A stretch of DNA of 64,000 nucleotides from Glaucostegus cemiculus (taxonomy: Eukaryota), in assembly GCA_976551045.1 (NCBI GenBank), contig CDPCPM010000013.1:6572001-6636000 (forward strand), read 5' to 3'. The notes beneath the pieces are model-generated. The model had not been told where the DNA came from. It saw nothing but the letters and a program-made list of their open reading frames with translations, and searched no databases. This document shows positions 9,961 through 22,199 of the stretch, piece by piece. The translations under genes and the position numbers were made by a program. Every line of letters begins with the position of its first letter. Within the stretch, counting starts at the first letter, position 1.

Positions 9961-12900
9961 TAAGAAGATCATTAGGAAAGAAAAAGTGAATTATGAAAGG
10001 AAGTTGGCAGATAATATTTGAAAGGATACTAAGAATTTTTTAAAATATATAAGGAGTAAAAGAGAGACACGGGTTAATATAAGACCAATCAATAATGGTG
10101 CGGGAGAGGTTATAATGGATGATAAAGAGATGGCAGAGGAACTAAATGAGTAGTTTGCCTCGGTCTTCACTGTGGAGGACATCAGCAATATACCGGATAG
10201 TCAAGGGTCTCAAGGGATGGAAATGAGTTCAGTCAAGATTACTAGAGAGAAGATGCCAGGAAAGCTAAATGGACTAAAGACTGATAAGTCTCCTGGACTG
10301 GATGAGGTGCATTCCTGGGTTCTGAAGGAAGTGCCTTTAGAGATAGCGGAGGCATTGGTGATAATATTCCAGGAATCAATAGGCTCTGGCATGGTTCTGG
10401 AGGACTGGAGGGTCACAAGTGCAGTTCTGCTGTATAAGAAAGGTGGGAAACAGCATAAAGGAAATTACAGACCTATTAGTCTGATGTTGATGGTGGGAAA
10501 GTTATTAGAATCAATCCTCAAGGACGAAGTTATGGAATATCTGGAGGTGCAAGGCAAGATAGGTCCAAGCAAACATGGTTTCATGAAGGGATGATCCTGC
10601 TTGATCAACTTATTGGAGTCTTTTGAAGAAATCTCAGGTAGGGTGGATAAGGGAGAAGCGGTAGATGTTGTGTATTTAGATTTTCAAAAGGCCTTCGACA
10701 AGGTGCCACACAAGAGACTGATTAATAAGATGAGAGCTCATGGAATTACAGGTAGGATAACAGAATGGGTGGAGCATTGGCTGGTTGGCAGAAAGCAAAG
10801 AGTGGGAATAAAAGGATCCTGTTCTGGTTGGCTGCCGGTTACTAGTGGTGTTCCGCAGGGGTCGGTGTTGGGGCTGCTTCCTTTTACCCTGTACATTAAC
10901 GATTTAGATGATGGAGTAAATGGTTTTGTGCCTAAGTTTGTGGATGACACTAAGATAGGTGGAGGAGTAGAGAGTATTGAGGAGACAGGAAAGTTGCAGA
11001 GAGACCTAGACAGTTTAGGAGAATGGGCAAGGAAATGGCAGATGAGATTCAATGTTGAGAAATGTGCAGTTGCAAACTTTGGAAACAGAAATAAATGGGC
11101 AGACTATTATCTAGAAGGGGAGAAAATTCAAAGTACAGAAGTACAAAGGGACTTGAGGGTACTTGTGCACAATAACCTAAAGGTTAACCACCAGGTTGGA
11201 TTGGCGGTAAGGAAAGTGAATGCTATGTTGGCATTCATTTTGAGAGGTATAGTGTATAAAAGTAAGAAAGTGTTGATGAGGCTATACGGGGCACTGGTGA
11301 GGCCTCATTTGGAATACTGTGTACAATTTTGGGCCCCATATCTTAGGAAGGATGCGCTGATGTTGGAGAGGGTTCAGAAGAGATTTACAAGGATGACATA
11401 GTGTATATGGATTTTAGCAAGGCGTTTGATAAGGTGCCCCATGCGAGGCTTATGGAGAAGGTGAGGAGACACGGGATCCAGGGAGACATTGCGGTGTGGA
11501 TTCAGAATTGGCTGGCCCATAGAAGACAAAGAGTGGTTGTGGAAGGGTCGTGTTCTGAGTGGAGGTCGGTGACCTCCGGTGTACTGTGCTGGGACCCCTG
11601 CTGTTTGTCATCTTTATAAATGACCTGGATGAGGAAGTGGAGGGGTGGGTTAGTAAGTTTGCTGACGACACGAAGGCTGGGGGAGTTGTGGATAGTTTGG
11701 AGGCCTGTCTGAGGCTACAGAGGGACATAGATAGGATGCAGAGTTGGGCTGAGAAATGGCAGATGTAGTTCAACCCTTATAAATGTGAAGTGGTTTATTT
11801 TGGTAGGTCGAATAGGTTGGCAGAATATAGAATTAATGGTAAGACTCTTGGCGGTGTGGAGGATCAGAGGGATCTTGGGGTCCGAGTCCATAGGACTCTC
11901 AAGGAGGCTGCGCAGGTTGACTCCGTGGTTAGGAAGGCGTATGGTGCATTGTCCTTCATCAGTCGAGGGATTGAATTTAGGAGTAGGGAGGTAATGCTTC
12001 AGTTGTATAGGTCCCTGGTCAGACCCCAACTGGAGTATTGTGTTCATTTTTGGTCGTCTCACTACAGGAAGGATGTGGAAGCTATACAGAGGGTGCAGAG
12101 GAGGTTTATGAGGATGCTGCCTGGAATGAGGAGCATGCCTTATGACAGCAGGTTGCGGGAACTCAGTCTTTTCTCTTTGGAGAGAAGGAGGATGAGGGGG
12201 GACCTGATTGAGGTGTATAAGATGTTGAGAGGACATAGGTTTAAGGTGCTGGGGGGAAGAAATAGGGGAGATGTTAGGGGTAAGTTTTTTACTCAGAGAG
12301 TGGTGAGTGTGTGGAATGGGCTGCCAGAGATGGTGGTGGAGGCGGATACGTTAGGGTCTTTCAAGAGACTGTTGGATAGGTACATGGAGGTAAATAAGAT
12401 AGAAGGCTATGAGTAAGCCTAATAGTGTGGGGACATGTTCGGCACAGCATTGTGGGCCGAAGGGCCTGAATTGTGCTGTAGGTATCTATGTTCTATTCCC
12501 AGAATGGAAGGGCTTACATATGATGAGCATTTGTCGGCTCTTGGACTGTACTCACTGGAGTATAGAAGAATGAGACGGAACCTCATAGAAACACTTAGAA
12601 TATTGAAAGGGCTGGACAGAGTAGATGTGGTTAAGTTGTTCCCCTTGGTGGGTGAGTCCAGGACCAGAGGGCACAACCTTAGAATTAGAGGGTAAAGGTT
12701 TAAAACAAAGATGAGGAGAAATTTCTTTAGCCAGAGGGTGGTGAATTTATGGAAATCCTTGCCACGTACAGCAGTGGAAGCCCGATCATTGGAGGCATTT
12801 AAGGAGGAGATAGGTAGATTTCTAATTAGTCAAAGTATCAAGGGATATGGAGATAAGGCTAGAAAATTGGGGTTAGAATAGTTTTTTTTCCTCTCTCATG

Positions 12901-13011
12901 GAGCAGGCTCCCCCCCCCCCACCCAATTTCTTATTTCTTTTTTCTTTTTCACCTTCCCTTTGGAGCAGACTCGATGGGCCGAATGACCAACTTCTGCTCC
13001 CTTGTCTTGTG
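9961..13011 (+). mobile_element. CR1 LINE copy A, 5'-truncated RT region plus 3' UTR, interrupted by copy B
   Basis: ORFs 10172-10594, 10601-11401 and 12435-12695 (NYRPISL, YLDFQKAFDKVPH, SGVPQGS, KFVDD). 3' stem-loop GGAGCAGA...TCTGCTCC at 12962-13000 and TCTTGTG tail. Confidence 0.93.
11397..12495 (+). mobile_element. CR1 LINE copy B (different subfamily) nested in copy A
   Basis: Begins at VYMDFSKAFDKVPH and ends in its own 3' UTR and TCTATGTTCTAT tail. The host reads through as ACAAGGATGA|TTCCCAGAATG when the insert is removed. Confidence 0.92.
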
Positions 13012-13729
13012 GAAAGCATTCTATCCAGTTTCAAGCCATTGAATCCCAACATTAAAAGTATTCCTACTTCTCAGCTCAGAGCTGAACGTCAATATGTCAG
13101 CTGATTTTAAAAAAAGATTGGTTATCTGATTATGATTATCTACCGTGTGGTGTCCAAAGTACTCAGTGTAATCTGATGATAACTACAGGGGAGTTCATGA
13201 ACTGAAACTTTGCAGACTTGCCAGAAGGCAAGGTGATATCAATGCTGATCACTGCAGTAGAAACCAAAGACTCAGGTTCTAAACCTGATGGAAGGAACTC
13301 ATGAATGCTCAGATTGTTGCTTTGGAATCACTTGCACTAACATACAACAGGCCCTCTAATCGGCTTAATTGTGCTTACATAGAAATAACAATGTGGGATT
13401 GAGTGGACAGAGTCCTGACATATAGATTCACTAATTTCCCTTGCATCTGCTGCTGTATAAATTAATGGACAATGAGGGAGTTGCAGACAGATATACTGAT
13501 TCTAAGTGCATTACATCCAGGTAATCTCCCCTTATTACCTTACTCCTGCCTCAGTAATGGTACGATGAGCCAGAAAGTGGGGAGGATTCACAGACACTTC
13601 AAAGATGGATGTGATGGAATCAAGTGTAGAACTGTATCATCACTAAACATTGTGAAATACAGGACCATCCTAAAGCCAATTGATCCCACTGAAGAAGCAT
13701 GGCAAAGTAATACACAATAACTGAATATT

Positions 13730-14325
13730 TAAAAGTGAAGGAAATGAGGAATCTTGGAGTGCCTGCCAGCAAATTCCTGAAGGCAACATGACAGGCAGGT
13801 AAGATAGTTAAGAAGACATTTGGAATATTTGCTTTTAATGGTCAAGATATAGAATACAAAACCAGACTAGTTTTGCTTGAACTGTGTAAAATGTTGATGA
13901 TGCTACAGTTGATGTGCCACATACAGTTTTGTTCACTGAACTACAGGAGATATGTGATAGCACTCAAGAGGGAGCAGAGGAGATTTTCCAGTATTTTGCC
14001 TGCTATGAGGATTAAAGTTATGAGGAGAAACTGTCTTGCTGGTGTTGTTTCCTTTAGAATAACTAAGACAATTAAAGAGATTTAATAGGGGTGTTTGGAA
14101 TTATGACATAGTGAACAGAAAAGACCTGTTTCTCTCAATAGGGAGTTCAGTAACTAGGATATTTAAGTTAATTGATAGGAGGATTGCAGAATAAGTGAAT
14201 AATATTTATTACACTCAATGATCTGTGGGAGATTGGACTTCATTGTCTGAAAGCATGGCGGAAGCAGAAATCCTCATCACATTTAAGAAGTTCCTGGATG
14301 AATACTTGAAATTACTGTGATCTGC
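13730..14325 (+). mobile_element. Old degenerate CR1 3' fragment
   Basis: ORF 13873-14085 (MLELCKML...IQFCSLNYRRYVIALKREQRRFS) is a decayed CR1 ORF2 C-terminus. Confidence 0.7.
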
Positions 14326-14640
14326 TTGTGTGTTTCGCGGGCTTTTCCTTTACAGAATCGGCCCGGGAGACATTGGAGCACTGGGTCCCTCATGGGTCCG
14401 GGCTAATTTAGAAGGGCCAATAAAAAGGAGGTCGTGTCAAGTGGAGCGGCCATTTTGGAGCGGCCATTGTCAGAGTGGACAGAGTCAGAGTGAGTAGCTT
14501 TGGCACAACCGGCTTCAGCATCAAGAGGCGATGGCCATCTGCAACAACACTAGTGAGTAGCTGGTAAGTAAAGGTAAGGTTTACTGTTATTGTTATAGCT
14601 TTTGAATAGACTACAGCTAGGTAAGAAAAAAAAAGTTCAG

Positions 14641-15595
14641 ATGGAGGGCAAGGCGATGTACTACAGCTGCCTGATGTGGGAGCTAGTGGACCCTGCTGGG
14701 GTGCACAGTGACCACTTCTGCAGTAAGTGCTTGAGGCTGGAGGAACTTTGGCTGGTGAGAACTGATGAGCTGGAGTCGCAGCTTCAAACACTGCGAAGGG
14801 AGGGAGAGAGTTATGTAGATGCTGTACATCGGGAGGCAATCACCCCCACTGAGAGCAGGTACTTCTAGGGTCCAGGAAACAGATAAATGGGTGACTGTCA
14901 GGGGAGAGAAAGAGAAGGAGAACAGGCACACAGTGCCGAGGACCCTGGAGGCTGTTCCCCTCAATAACAGGTATTCCGCTTTGGATGCTGTTGAGGGGGA
15001 TGACCCACAGGGATCAAGCGGCAGAAGCCAGGTGTCTGGCACTGGGACTGGTCCTGCTGCTCAGAAGGGAAGGGAGGAGAAGAGGAGGGCAATAGTGATA
15101 GGGGACTCGATAGTCAGGGGAACAGACAGGAGGTTCTGTGGATGTGAGCGAGAATCCCGGACGGTATGTTGCCTCCCAGGTGCCAGGGTCCAGGATGTCT
15201 CTGATTGGGTCCACAAAATTCTTAAGCAGGAGGGAAAGCAGCCAGAACTTGTGGTACATTTTGGTACCAATGACATAGGTAGGAAGGGGGATGAGGTCCT
15301 GAAAAGGGTGTTTAAGGAGCTAGGCAGAAGGCTGAGGAACAGAACCTCAAGGGTAGCAATTTCAGGATTGGTGCCAGTGCCACATGATAGTGAAGGTAAG
15401 AATAGGAGCAGATGCCAATTGAATGCGTGGCTGATGAGTTGGTGCAGGGAGTAAGGTTTTAGATTTTTGGATCATTGGGATCTTTTCTGGGGAAGGTGGG
15501 ACCTGTACAGAGTGGACATGTTACACCTGAACTTGAAGGGGACCAATATCCTTGCAGGCAAGTTTGCTAGTGTGGCTCGGGAGGGTTTAAACTAG
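14641..15595 (+). pseudogene. CR1 ORF1: CxxC zinc finger, leucine zipper, SGNH/GDSL esterase (frameshift and premature stop)
   Basis: MEGKAMYYSCLMWEL...HFCSKCLRLEEL; IVIGDSIVRG, CCLPGARV, VVHFGTND, DMLH. Natural stop TAG at 15593-15595. Confidence 0.88.
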
Positions 15596-15709
15596 TTTGC
15601 AAGGGGGATGGGAACCGGAGGGATAGGTCAGTGGAAGAAGTGCATGGAGTAAAGTCATCTAAATTATAGGGAGGCTTTGAGGGAGGAGAAGCAGAATATA
15701 GGGTATAAA

Positions 15710-17775
15710 AGTAGAAAGGTGGATGGGCTAAAGTGCACTTACTTAAATGCAAGAGGTATCAGGAATAAGGGTGAGGAACGGAGAGCTTGGATAAATACAC
15801 GGAACTATGATATTATGGCATTTGCAGAGACTTGGCTGTCACCAGGGCAAGAATGGATACTGAATATTCTTGGATTTCAGTGTTTTAAAAAGGATGGGGG
15901 GGGGGAAGAAGAAGAGGAGGGCTGGTGTTACTGGTCAGGGATACTATTACAGCTGCAGAAAGGGTGGATAATGTAGAAGGATCCTCTCTAGAGTCAGTAT
16001 GGGTGGAAGTTAGGAACAAGAAAGGAGTAGTTACTCTACTGGGAGTATTCTATAGGCCCCCTGGTAGCAGCAAGGATACTGACGAACAGATTGGGAGGCA
16101 GATTTTGGAAAGGTGCAAGAATAATAGCGTTGTTATCATGGGAGACTTCAACTTCCCAAATATTGATTGGTACCTGCTTAGTACCAAAGGTTTAGATGGG
16201 ACAGAGTTTGTTAAGCGTGTCCAGATTAGATTCCTGTCACAGTATGTTGACAGGCTGACTAGAGGGAATGTCATATTAGATCTAGTATTAGGTAATGAAC
16301 CGGGTCAGGTGACAGATCTATTAGTGGATGAGCATTTGGGGGACAGTGACCACCTCTCCCTAACCTTTAGTATTGTCATGGACAAGGATAGGAGCAAAGA
16401 GGACAGGAAGGTATTTAATTGGGGAAGGGCAAATTATGAGGTTATAAAAACTTGGGAGTGTAAATTTGGATGACATTTTTGAACGGAAATGTACTATGGA
16501 GATGTGGTCATTGTTCTGGGATCTCTTTCAGGACATTAGGGATAAATTTGTCCTGGTGAGGCAGATAAAGAATGGCAGGGTGAAGGAACCATGGGTGACA
16601 AGAGAGGTGGAACATCTAGATAGGAGGAAGAAGGCAGCTAGGATCAGATAAGGCTCATAAATAATATAGGGTAGCATGGAAGGAACTTAAGAAGGGGCTG
16701 AGGAGAGCAAGAAGGGGACATTGAAAGGCCTTGGTGAGTAGAGTTAAGGAAAATCCCAAGGCATTTTTCACTTATGTGAAGAGCAGAAGGATGTCGAGAA
16801 TAAAGGTAGGATGGATTAGAGACAAAGGTGGGAAGATGTGCCTGGAAGCTGTGGAAGTGGGTGAGGTCCTCAGTGAATACTTCAGTATTCACCAAGGAAG
16901 CGGGCCTTGATGACACTGAGGACAGTGTTGGTAAGGTTAATGTTCTGGAGCATGTTGATATTTAGAGAGAGGATGTGTTGGAGCTGTTAGAAAATATTAG
17001 GGCAGTTAAGTCCCCAGGGCCTGAAGGAATATTTCCCAGGCTGCTCCACGAGGTGAGGGAGGAGATTGCTGAACCGCTGACTAGGATCTTTGAGTCCTCG
17101 TTGTCCATGGGAATGGTACCGGAGGACTGGAGGGTGGCAAATGTTGTGCCCTTATTCAAAAAAGGTAGTAGGGATAGTCCAGGGGATTATTGACCAGTGA
17201 GCCTTACATCTGTGGTGGTCAAGCTGTTGGAAAGGATTCTAAGAGATAGGATCTATTGGCATTTAGAGAATCGTGGTCTGATCAGGGACAGCCAGCATGG
17301 CTTTATGAAGGGCAGATCATGTTGCACAAGCCTGATAGGGTTCTTTGAGGAGGTGACCAGGCAGATTGAAGAGGGTAGTGCAGTCGATGTGGTCTACATG
17401 AATTTTAGTGAGGTGTTTGACAAGGTTCCACATGGTAGGCTTCTTCAGAATGTCAGAGGGCATGGGATCCAGGGAAGCTTACCTGTGTGGATTCAGAATT
17501 GGGTTGCCTGTAGAAAGCAGAGGGCTGTGGTGGAGGAAGTGCATTCAGATTGGAGGGGATCCCTGAAAGTTGCCTCACAGGTGGATAGGGTAGTTGAGAA
17601 AGCTTACGGGATGTTAGCTTCCATAAGTTGTGGGATCGAGTTTAAGAGCCGCGAGGTAATGGTTACCCAGAGAGTGGTTGGGGCATGGAATGTGCTGCCT
17701 AGGATGGTGGTGGAGTCAGGTACATTGGTCAAATTCAAGAGATTGCTAGATAAGCATATGGAGGAATTTAAAATA
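15710..17775 (+). pseudogene. CR1 ORF2: APE endonuclease and partial RT, multiply disrupted
   Basis: YLNARGIRNK, AETWL, GVFYRPP, MGDFNFP, ILDLVL, GDSDH, KSPGPEGI, QHGFMKGRSC. The QGS/FADD core is deleted at ~17556. Confidence 0.88.
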
Positions 17776-17949
17776 AGTGGGAGGAAGGGGTTAGATAGTT
17801 TTCAGAGGGGTTTAAAGGTTGGCACAACATGGTGGACTGAAAGGCCAGTATTGTGTTGTACTGTTCTATGATTCTATGATTCAATGATTCTATCCAAATT
17901 TAGGTCCTATGAAAATAAAAAAAGAATGACAGGAATTGTAATCTGAAGT

Positions 17950-18550
17950 GCTAGTAATGCTAGAAATGCTAGAAACAACCAGTTTCTAGGAAGAAGGAAC
18001 AGAGTCAAGGTTTCAGGTCGAAGACTCTACATTAGAATTGGATAAAGAGAAAACAAGTTAATTTTAAGTTGCAAAGAGGGTGCAGAGGAATGGATAGGGC
18101 AAAGGGAATATCTCTGTTGGGGTGAGGTCAGGGTTGCTGTAGGGATTAGAACAGAAAGTGCAGGAAGTACTCAGCAGATCAGACAGTGTTTGCAGAGAAA
18201 CAACTTATCCCCACAACAATTCAGGCCTCATCCTATCAGGGAATAATAAATAAAAACAGAACATGCAGGAAATACGTAGCTGGTTGGGCACCACCTGTTA
18301 AAAATGAAACTATTGGAACTGGAGCATTTTTCATTTTATTTCAGACTTCCAGTGTCTGGAGTTTTTTGATTTTCTATCAGTGATATTCCCTTTGTTCTAT
18401 CCCTCCTTCCCTCACTTTCTCTGCAACATAACGCTAACTTGTTTTCTGTCTCTCCAGTTCTCTCATAAGAGTCTAAGACCTGAAATGTGAACTCCGGTTC
18501 TCATTCTACAGATACTGCATGATCTTCTGAGTGTTTTGAGCATTTTCCAA
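17950..18550. mobile_element. Penelope-derived inverted-arm element with extra internal arm fragments
   Basis: Left arm ~17960-18125 and right arm ~18380-18550 are diverged reverse complements. Additional partial arms at ~18145-18200, 18248-18310 and 18320-18375. Confidence 0.6.
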
Positions 18551-19189
18551 ATTGTTACTGTGAGTCAAATGTGCTTCCCATTAAGTGATATGTAGTGTCA
18601 TACCTAAACATCAAGGATGGACAAAGCATGATCTAAACAGTGTTGAAAGTCTCAAGGTAAGTCTCCGAAGCAATGCAATAGCAAATAAATAAAATTAAGC
18701 TCATGTGCAAAACTAAACAAAGTGGAAAATTGGTTGGCCCATTAGCATGATATTGTGAAGCTTCAGCACTCTGATTTATGACTTTTTAAAATAGTTTCTA
18801 ATTTAAAAAATATGCATTTCGTCACTATTCTCTAAACCTTAGATCCACCCCATCACCCCTACACATTCCTTCCAAATCTAGTATATATCATTAGAATACC
18901 AACTCACATGAAAGAATAATTTTTCACAGTTGCAGTCCTTGTCAAAGAACTACTTCTGGCTCATGAACATGCCCTATATGGTCGGTGTTAATCTACTAGT
19001 GCATGTTCTTACTGATCTTATTACTGACCTATTATTGCATGATCTTCTTTTTATGTTGTGAAAAGGATGTACGTTTGTTACTGATTATGAATGCATTTAA
19101 AATTCAAAACCCAGAATTTGCTGCAACAATAATAATGGGATAGACCAATTCTCACTGCTGTTATGGATGTTGCTCTGTATCCTTTCACC

Positions 19190-20140
19190 ACCTTCTTCAT
19201 TATTTACTACCTTGCCAATGTTTGTGTCATCAGCAGACTTATTAATAAGTCTGCTACATTCTCATTCAAGCCCTTTATGACAAACAACAATGGTTCCAGC
19301 ACTAATCCCGGCAGTAAACCACTGGTTATAGATTTCTAGTCAGAAAAGCACCACTCGACCACTACCGTCTGCCTCCTATCACGAAGCCAACTTTGGATCC
19401 AGTTTGCCAACAAACCTTGGATCCCATGTACCCTAACCTCTGGATCAATGTGGGCCCTTGTCAAAAGCTTTAATAAAGCCCATGTAAACCAAATCCTCCA
19501 TGTTGCCTTCATGAATCATTTCAGTTACCTTCTCAAAAGACTCAAGCACATTTGTGAGACAGGATTTCCCCTGCGCAAAACCACATTAACTCCTCCTAAC
19601 CACTTCCTGCCTTTCCTAGTGAACATAAATCCTGTCCCTTGGAATTTTTCCCAATAATGTCCCTAATATTGATGTAAGGCTCACCGGCCTGTCAGTTCCT
19701 GACTTATCCCTACTGTCCTTTTTGAATAAAGGAACAACATTAGCTATCCTCCAGTGTTCTAGTACCTTACCCATGGCTAACAAAGATGCAAAAATCTCCA
19801 TAGAGTCACAGCAAACTCCTCCCTTGCTTCCCATAACAACTTGTAATAGATCCCGTCAGATCCTAGGGATTTTATCCTCCTTAATATGTGGCAATATCTC
19901 TAACAGTTCCTCCTTCCCAACACAGACATGTTCCAGAATATCAGTGTACCCCTCCCCTAACTCTTCATCCTCCACATCCTTCTCCCTGCTGAATACCAAT
20001 GAGGTATTTGTTAAGAATCCAGCTTATGTCCCCCAGCTCCAGACACAGATTTACCTTTTGGACCCTGACAAGACCTACTCTTTTCTTTGCTACCCTCCTG
20101 CTTATAAAAGGTTTTGGGATTCTCCTTTAATGTTTCACAG
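19190..20140 (-). mobile_element. CR1 ORF2 fragment
   Basis: ORF 19616-19834 (WRIANVVPLFKK..RDKSGTDRPVSLTS) and ORF 20011-20295 (KENPKTFY). TGTGTCATCAGCAGACTT is the reverse of KSADDT. Confidence 0.85.
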
Positions 20141-20335
20141 TTTATTGTTATTTTTGATTGGAATTGGTCAGAGCCTGTTATGTATGCATTCACCATATTC
20201 CACAAATGAAAGAAACAAAGAACACTGCCAGTGGTAAGTGGCAAATTATTGTCCTGAGGCATGCAGAACTGGAATTTCCCTAGGATACATAACAAATCAT
20301 TTGGACTATCTTGGGAAGCCTACCATCATGACTGA

Positions 20336-20430
20336 AAAACAAAAACAAATGCAGATGCTGGAAATCTGAAATAAAAACAGAACTGCTGGAAATACTCGGC
20401 GGGTCAAGCAGCATCTGAGAGAAAGAATTC
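20336..20430 (-). mobile_element. Solo Penelope-derived arm
   Basis: TGCAGATGCTGGAAATCTGAAATAAAAACAGAACTGCTGGAAATACTCGGCGGGTCAAGCAGCATCTG, same family as 57015-57135. Confidence 0.65.
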
Positions 20431-20720
20431 CTCCTTTTATCAGTCTTAATGCATGGCCCCATATCCTGACTCTACATCCCTTAGTTATAGATTCCCTTGC
20501 CAGAGAAAACATCTCTCACATCCCTGTGAAATCCCCTCAGAATCTTATATGTTTCAAAAGGATCATCTCTCATTCTTTCAAGTCCAAAGAGCATGGGGTC
20601 AATCTGCTCAAACATTCCTATTACGTGACCCCTTCATGCCTGGAATCAAACTAGTACACCTTCTCTGCATCACTTTCAATCCCATCCTTCCTTCATAACA
20701 GAGATCAGAAATTGATAACA
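20430..20720 (-). mobile_element. Degenerate CR1 3' fragment
   Basis: ORF 20306-20512 begins MFSLARESITKGCRVRI, matching the CR1 ORF2 C-terminus. Confidence 0.65.
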
Positions 20721-21609
20721 GTAGGTCAAAACTGTAAGCAGTTGAATCTAAATGAGGATATACGGGTGCTGAAGAGTTGCTTCTTTACAACAAAAAAGGA
20801 TAACGGGTGTGAAACATTTGAAATGAACCCCATCAAAGGGTAGGAAATTGTAGTAGTGGAGATCATCAATGGAATCTCAGAGACAATGAATGGAGAGGGG
20901 TTTCAGAGACACAGATTACCAAATATGATCTTAGAGGAGTGAAGGAACAGTATTCTTTTCCTTTTAATGGAATAGCAACTCAAGAAATTTTCAACCTATT
21001 ATAATCCATGAATTAAATGTACAAATTGAAATATTGCAGGAAATGCTGCTTGGAAACTGAATTCATGCTCTAAGAGATGTGTTACTGACCTCTCCATCAG
21101 TTTGACTTTTATTGGAAATCCTTATCAACATTCATTGGTTTGAAGATCATTATAATTACATGTTCCTAGCTTCAAAATAGCATTTTGAGTTAGCAAGGTC
21201 AAAACACACATTATACTTGCAGCAAAGCCATTGTTTTTTGCTCTCTTTTAAAATTAATCTCAGCATTCTTCCATTGTGGTTTCACTGATAAATCGCAGAA
21301 CTTTTATAATTTGGCAGTCATAGCAATTTCCTTACACCACTTCATTTGCTTCCTCATTACATTGTTTAAAGCACCCCAAATCTGCTTTGTGATGCAAGTG
21401 TTTCCTTCAGGTTAAAAAAGGGATAGATCTTACAGCATTAGTTGTGGATGCTTCTTGTGAGTTAAGATTAATTTTATTTCCTATGTTTAAGTGGTGAATA
21501 TATTTAGTTCATTCTTTCACATCCTATACTTTATGGCATATTGCATGATTTAACATATTAATAATCATTCTTCAATGTATAGGTTTCATACTAATATAAT
21601 ATTTTCTAT

Positions 21610-21965
21610 TAGGCCAGATCTTGAAGACTTTTCACAGGTTGGATGTTTCCTCTTGTGGGAGAACTTAGAACCATGGGGTCACTGTTAAAGAATAAGAGGT
21701 TTCCCATTTAAGATAGACATGTAGACATTTTCTCTCAGAGGGTTGTGTTTTTTTTTGGAATTCTCTTCCTCAAGTGATATTGGAAAAAAAGTCTGAATAT
21801 GTTAAGGAAGATAGATAGATAGTCCACAGAGCAAGGTGAAAGGTTACTATGGGTAAGTGTGAATGCAGAGCTGAGAGTTACTGTCAGATAAACCATGATC
21901 TTATTGAACACAGAGGAGGTTTGAGGGGCTGAGTGGGCTACTCCTCTTCTTAACCTGTATGTTTG
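21610..21965 (+). mobile_element. Degenerate CR1 3' end
   Basis: GGATGTTTCCTCTTGTGGGAGAA...AGAATAAGAGG...CTCAGAGGGTTGTG...GGGGCTGAGTGGGCTACTCCT, with a GTATGTTTGTAT tail. Confidence 0.7.
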
Positions 21966-22199
21966 TATATTCTGTGTGGGATAGGTTATAAATTAGGCAG
22001 TTCTCAGGAAGAAACATGGAAAGTTGTTGCAGTATGTCATGTATATGGCACAAAATGGAGGAATTAAAGCATTATGGTGGTGTAGGGAGTGCACCTAAAT
22101 GTTGTTGGGCTTCTTCAGTATTACTGAAGCTGAACTCATTCTGGCAAATGAAAGTGTTTCATCACGTTCCTGACATGCCTTTGGGGAGTTAACTAATGC

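Larger units (their letters stand above)
14326..17892 (+). mobile_element. Near full-length CR1 LINE copy C (5' UTR, ORF1, ORF2 with internal deletions, 3' UTR)
   Basis: CpG-rich 5' UTR, ORF1 with zinc finger and esterase, APE endonuclease and RT motifs, (TCTATGAT)n tail at ~17865-17892. Confidence 0.92.
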
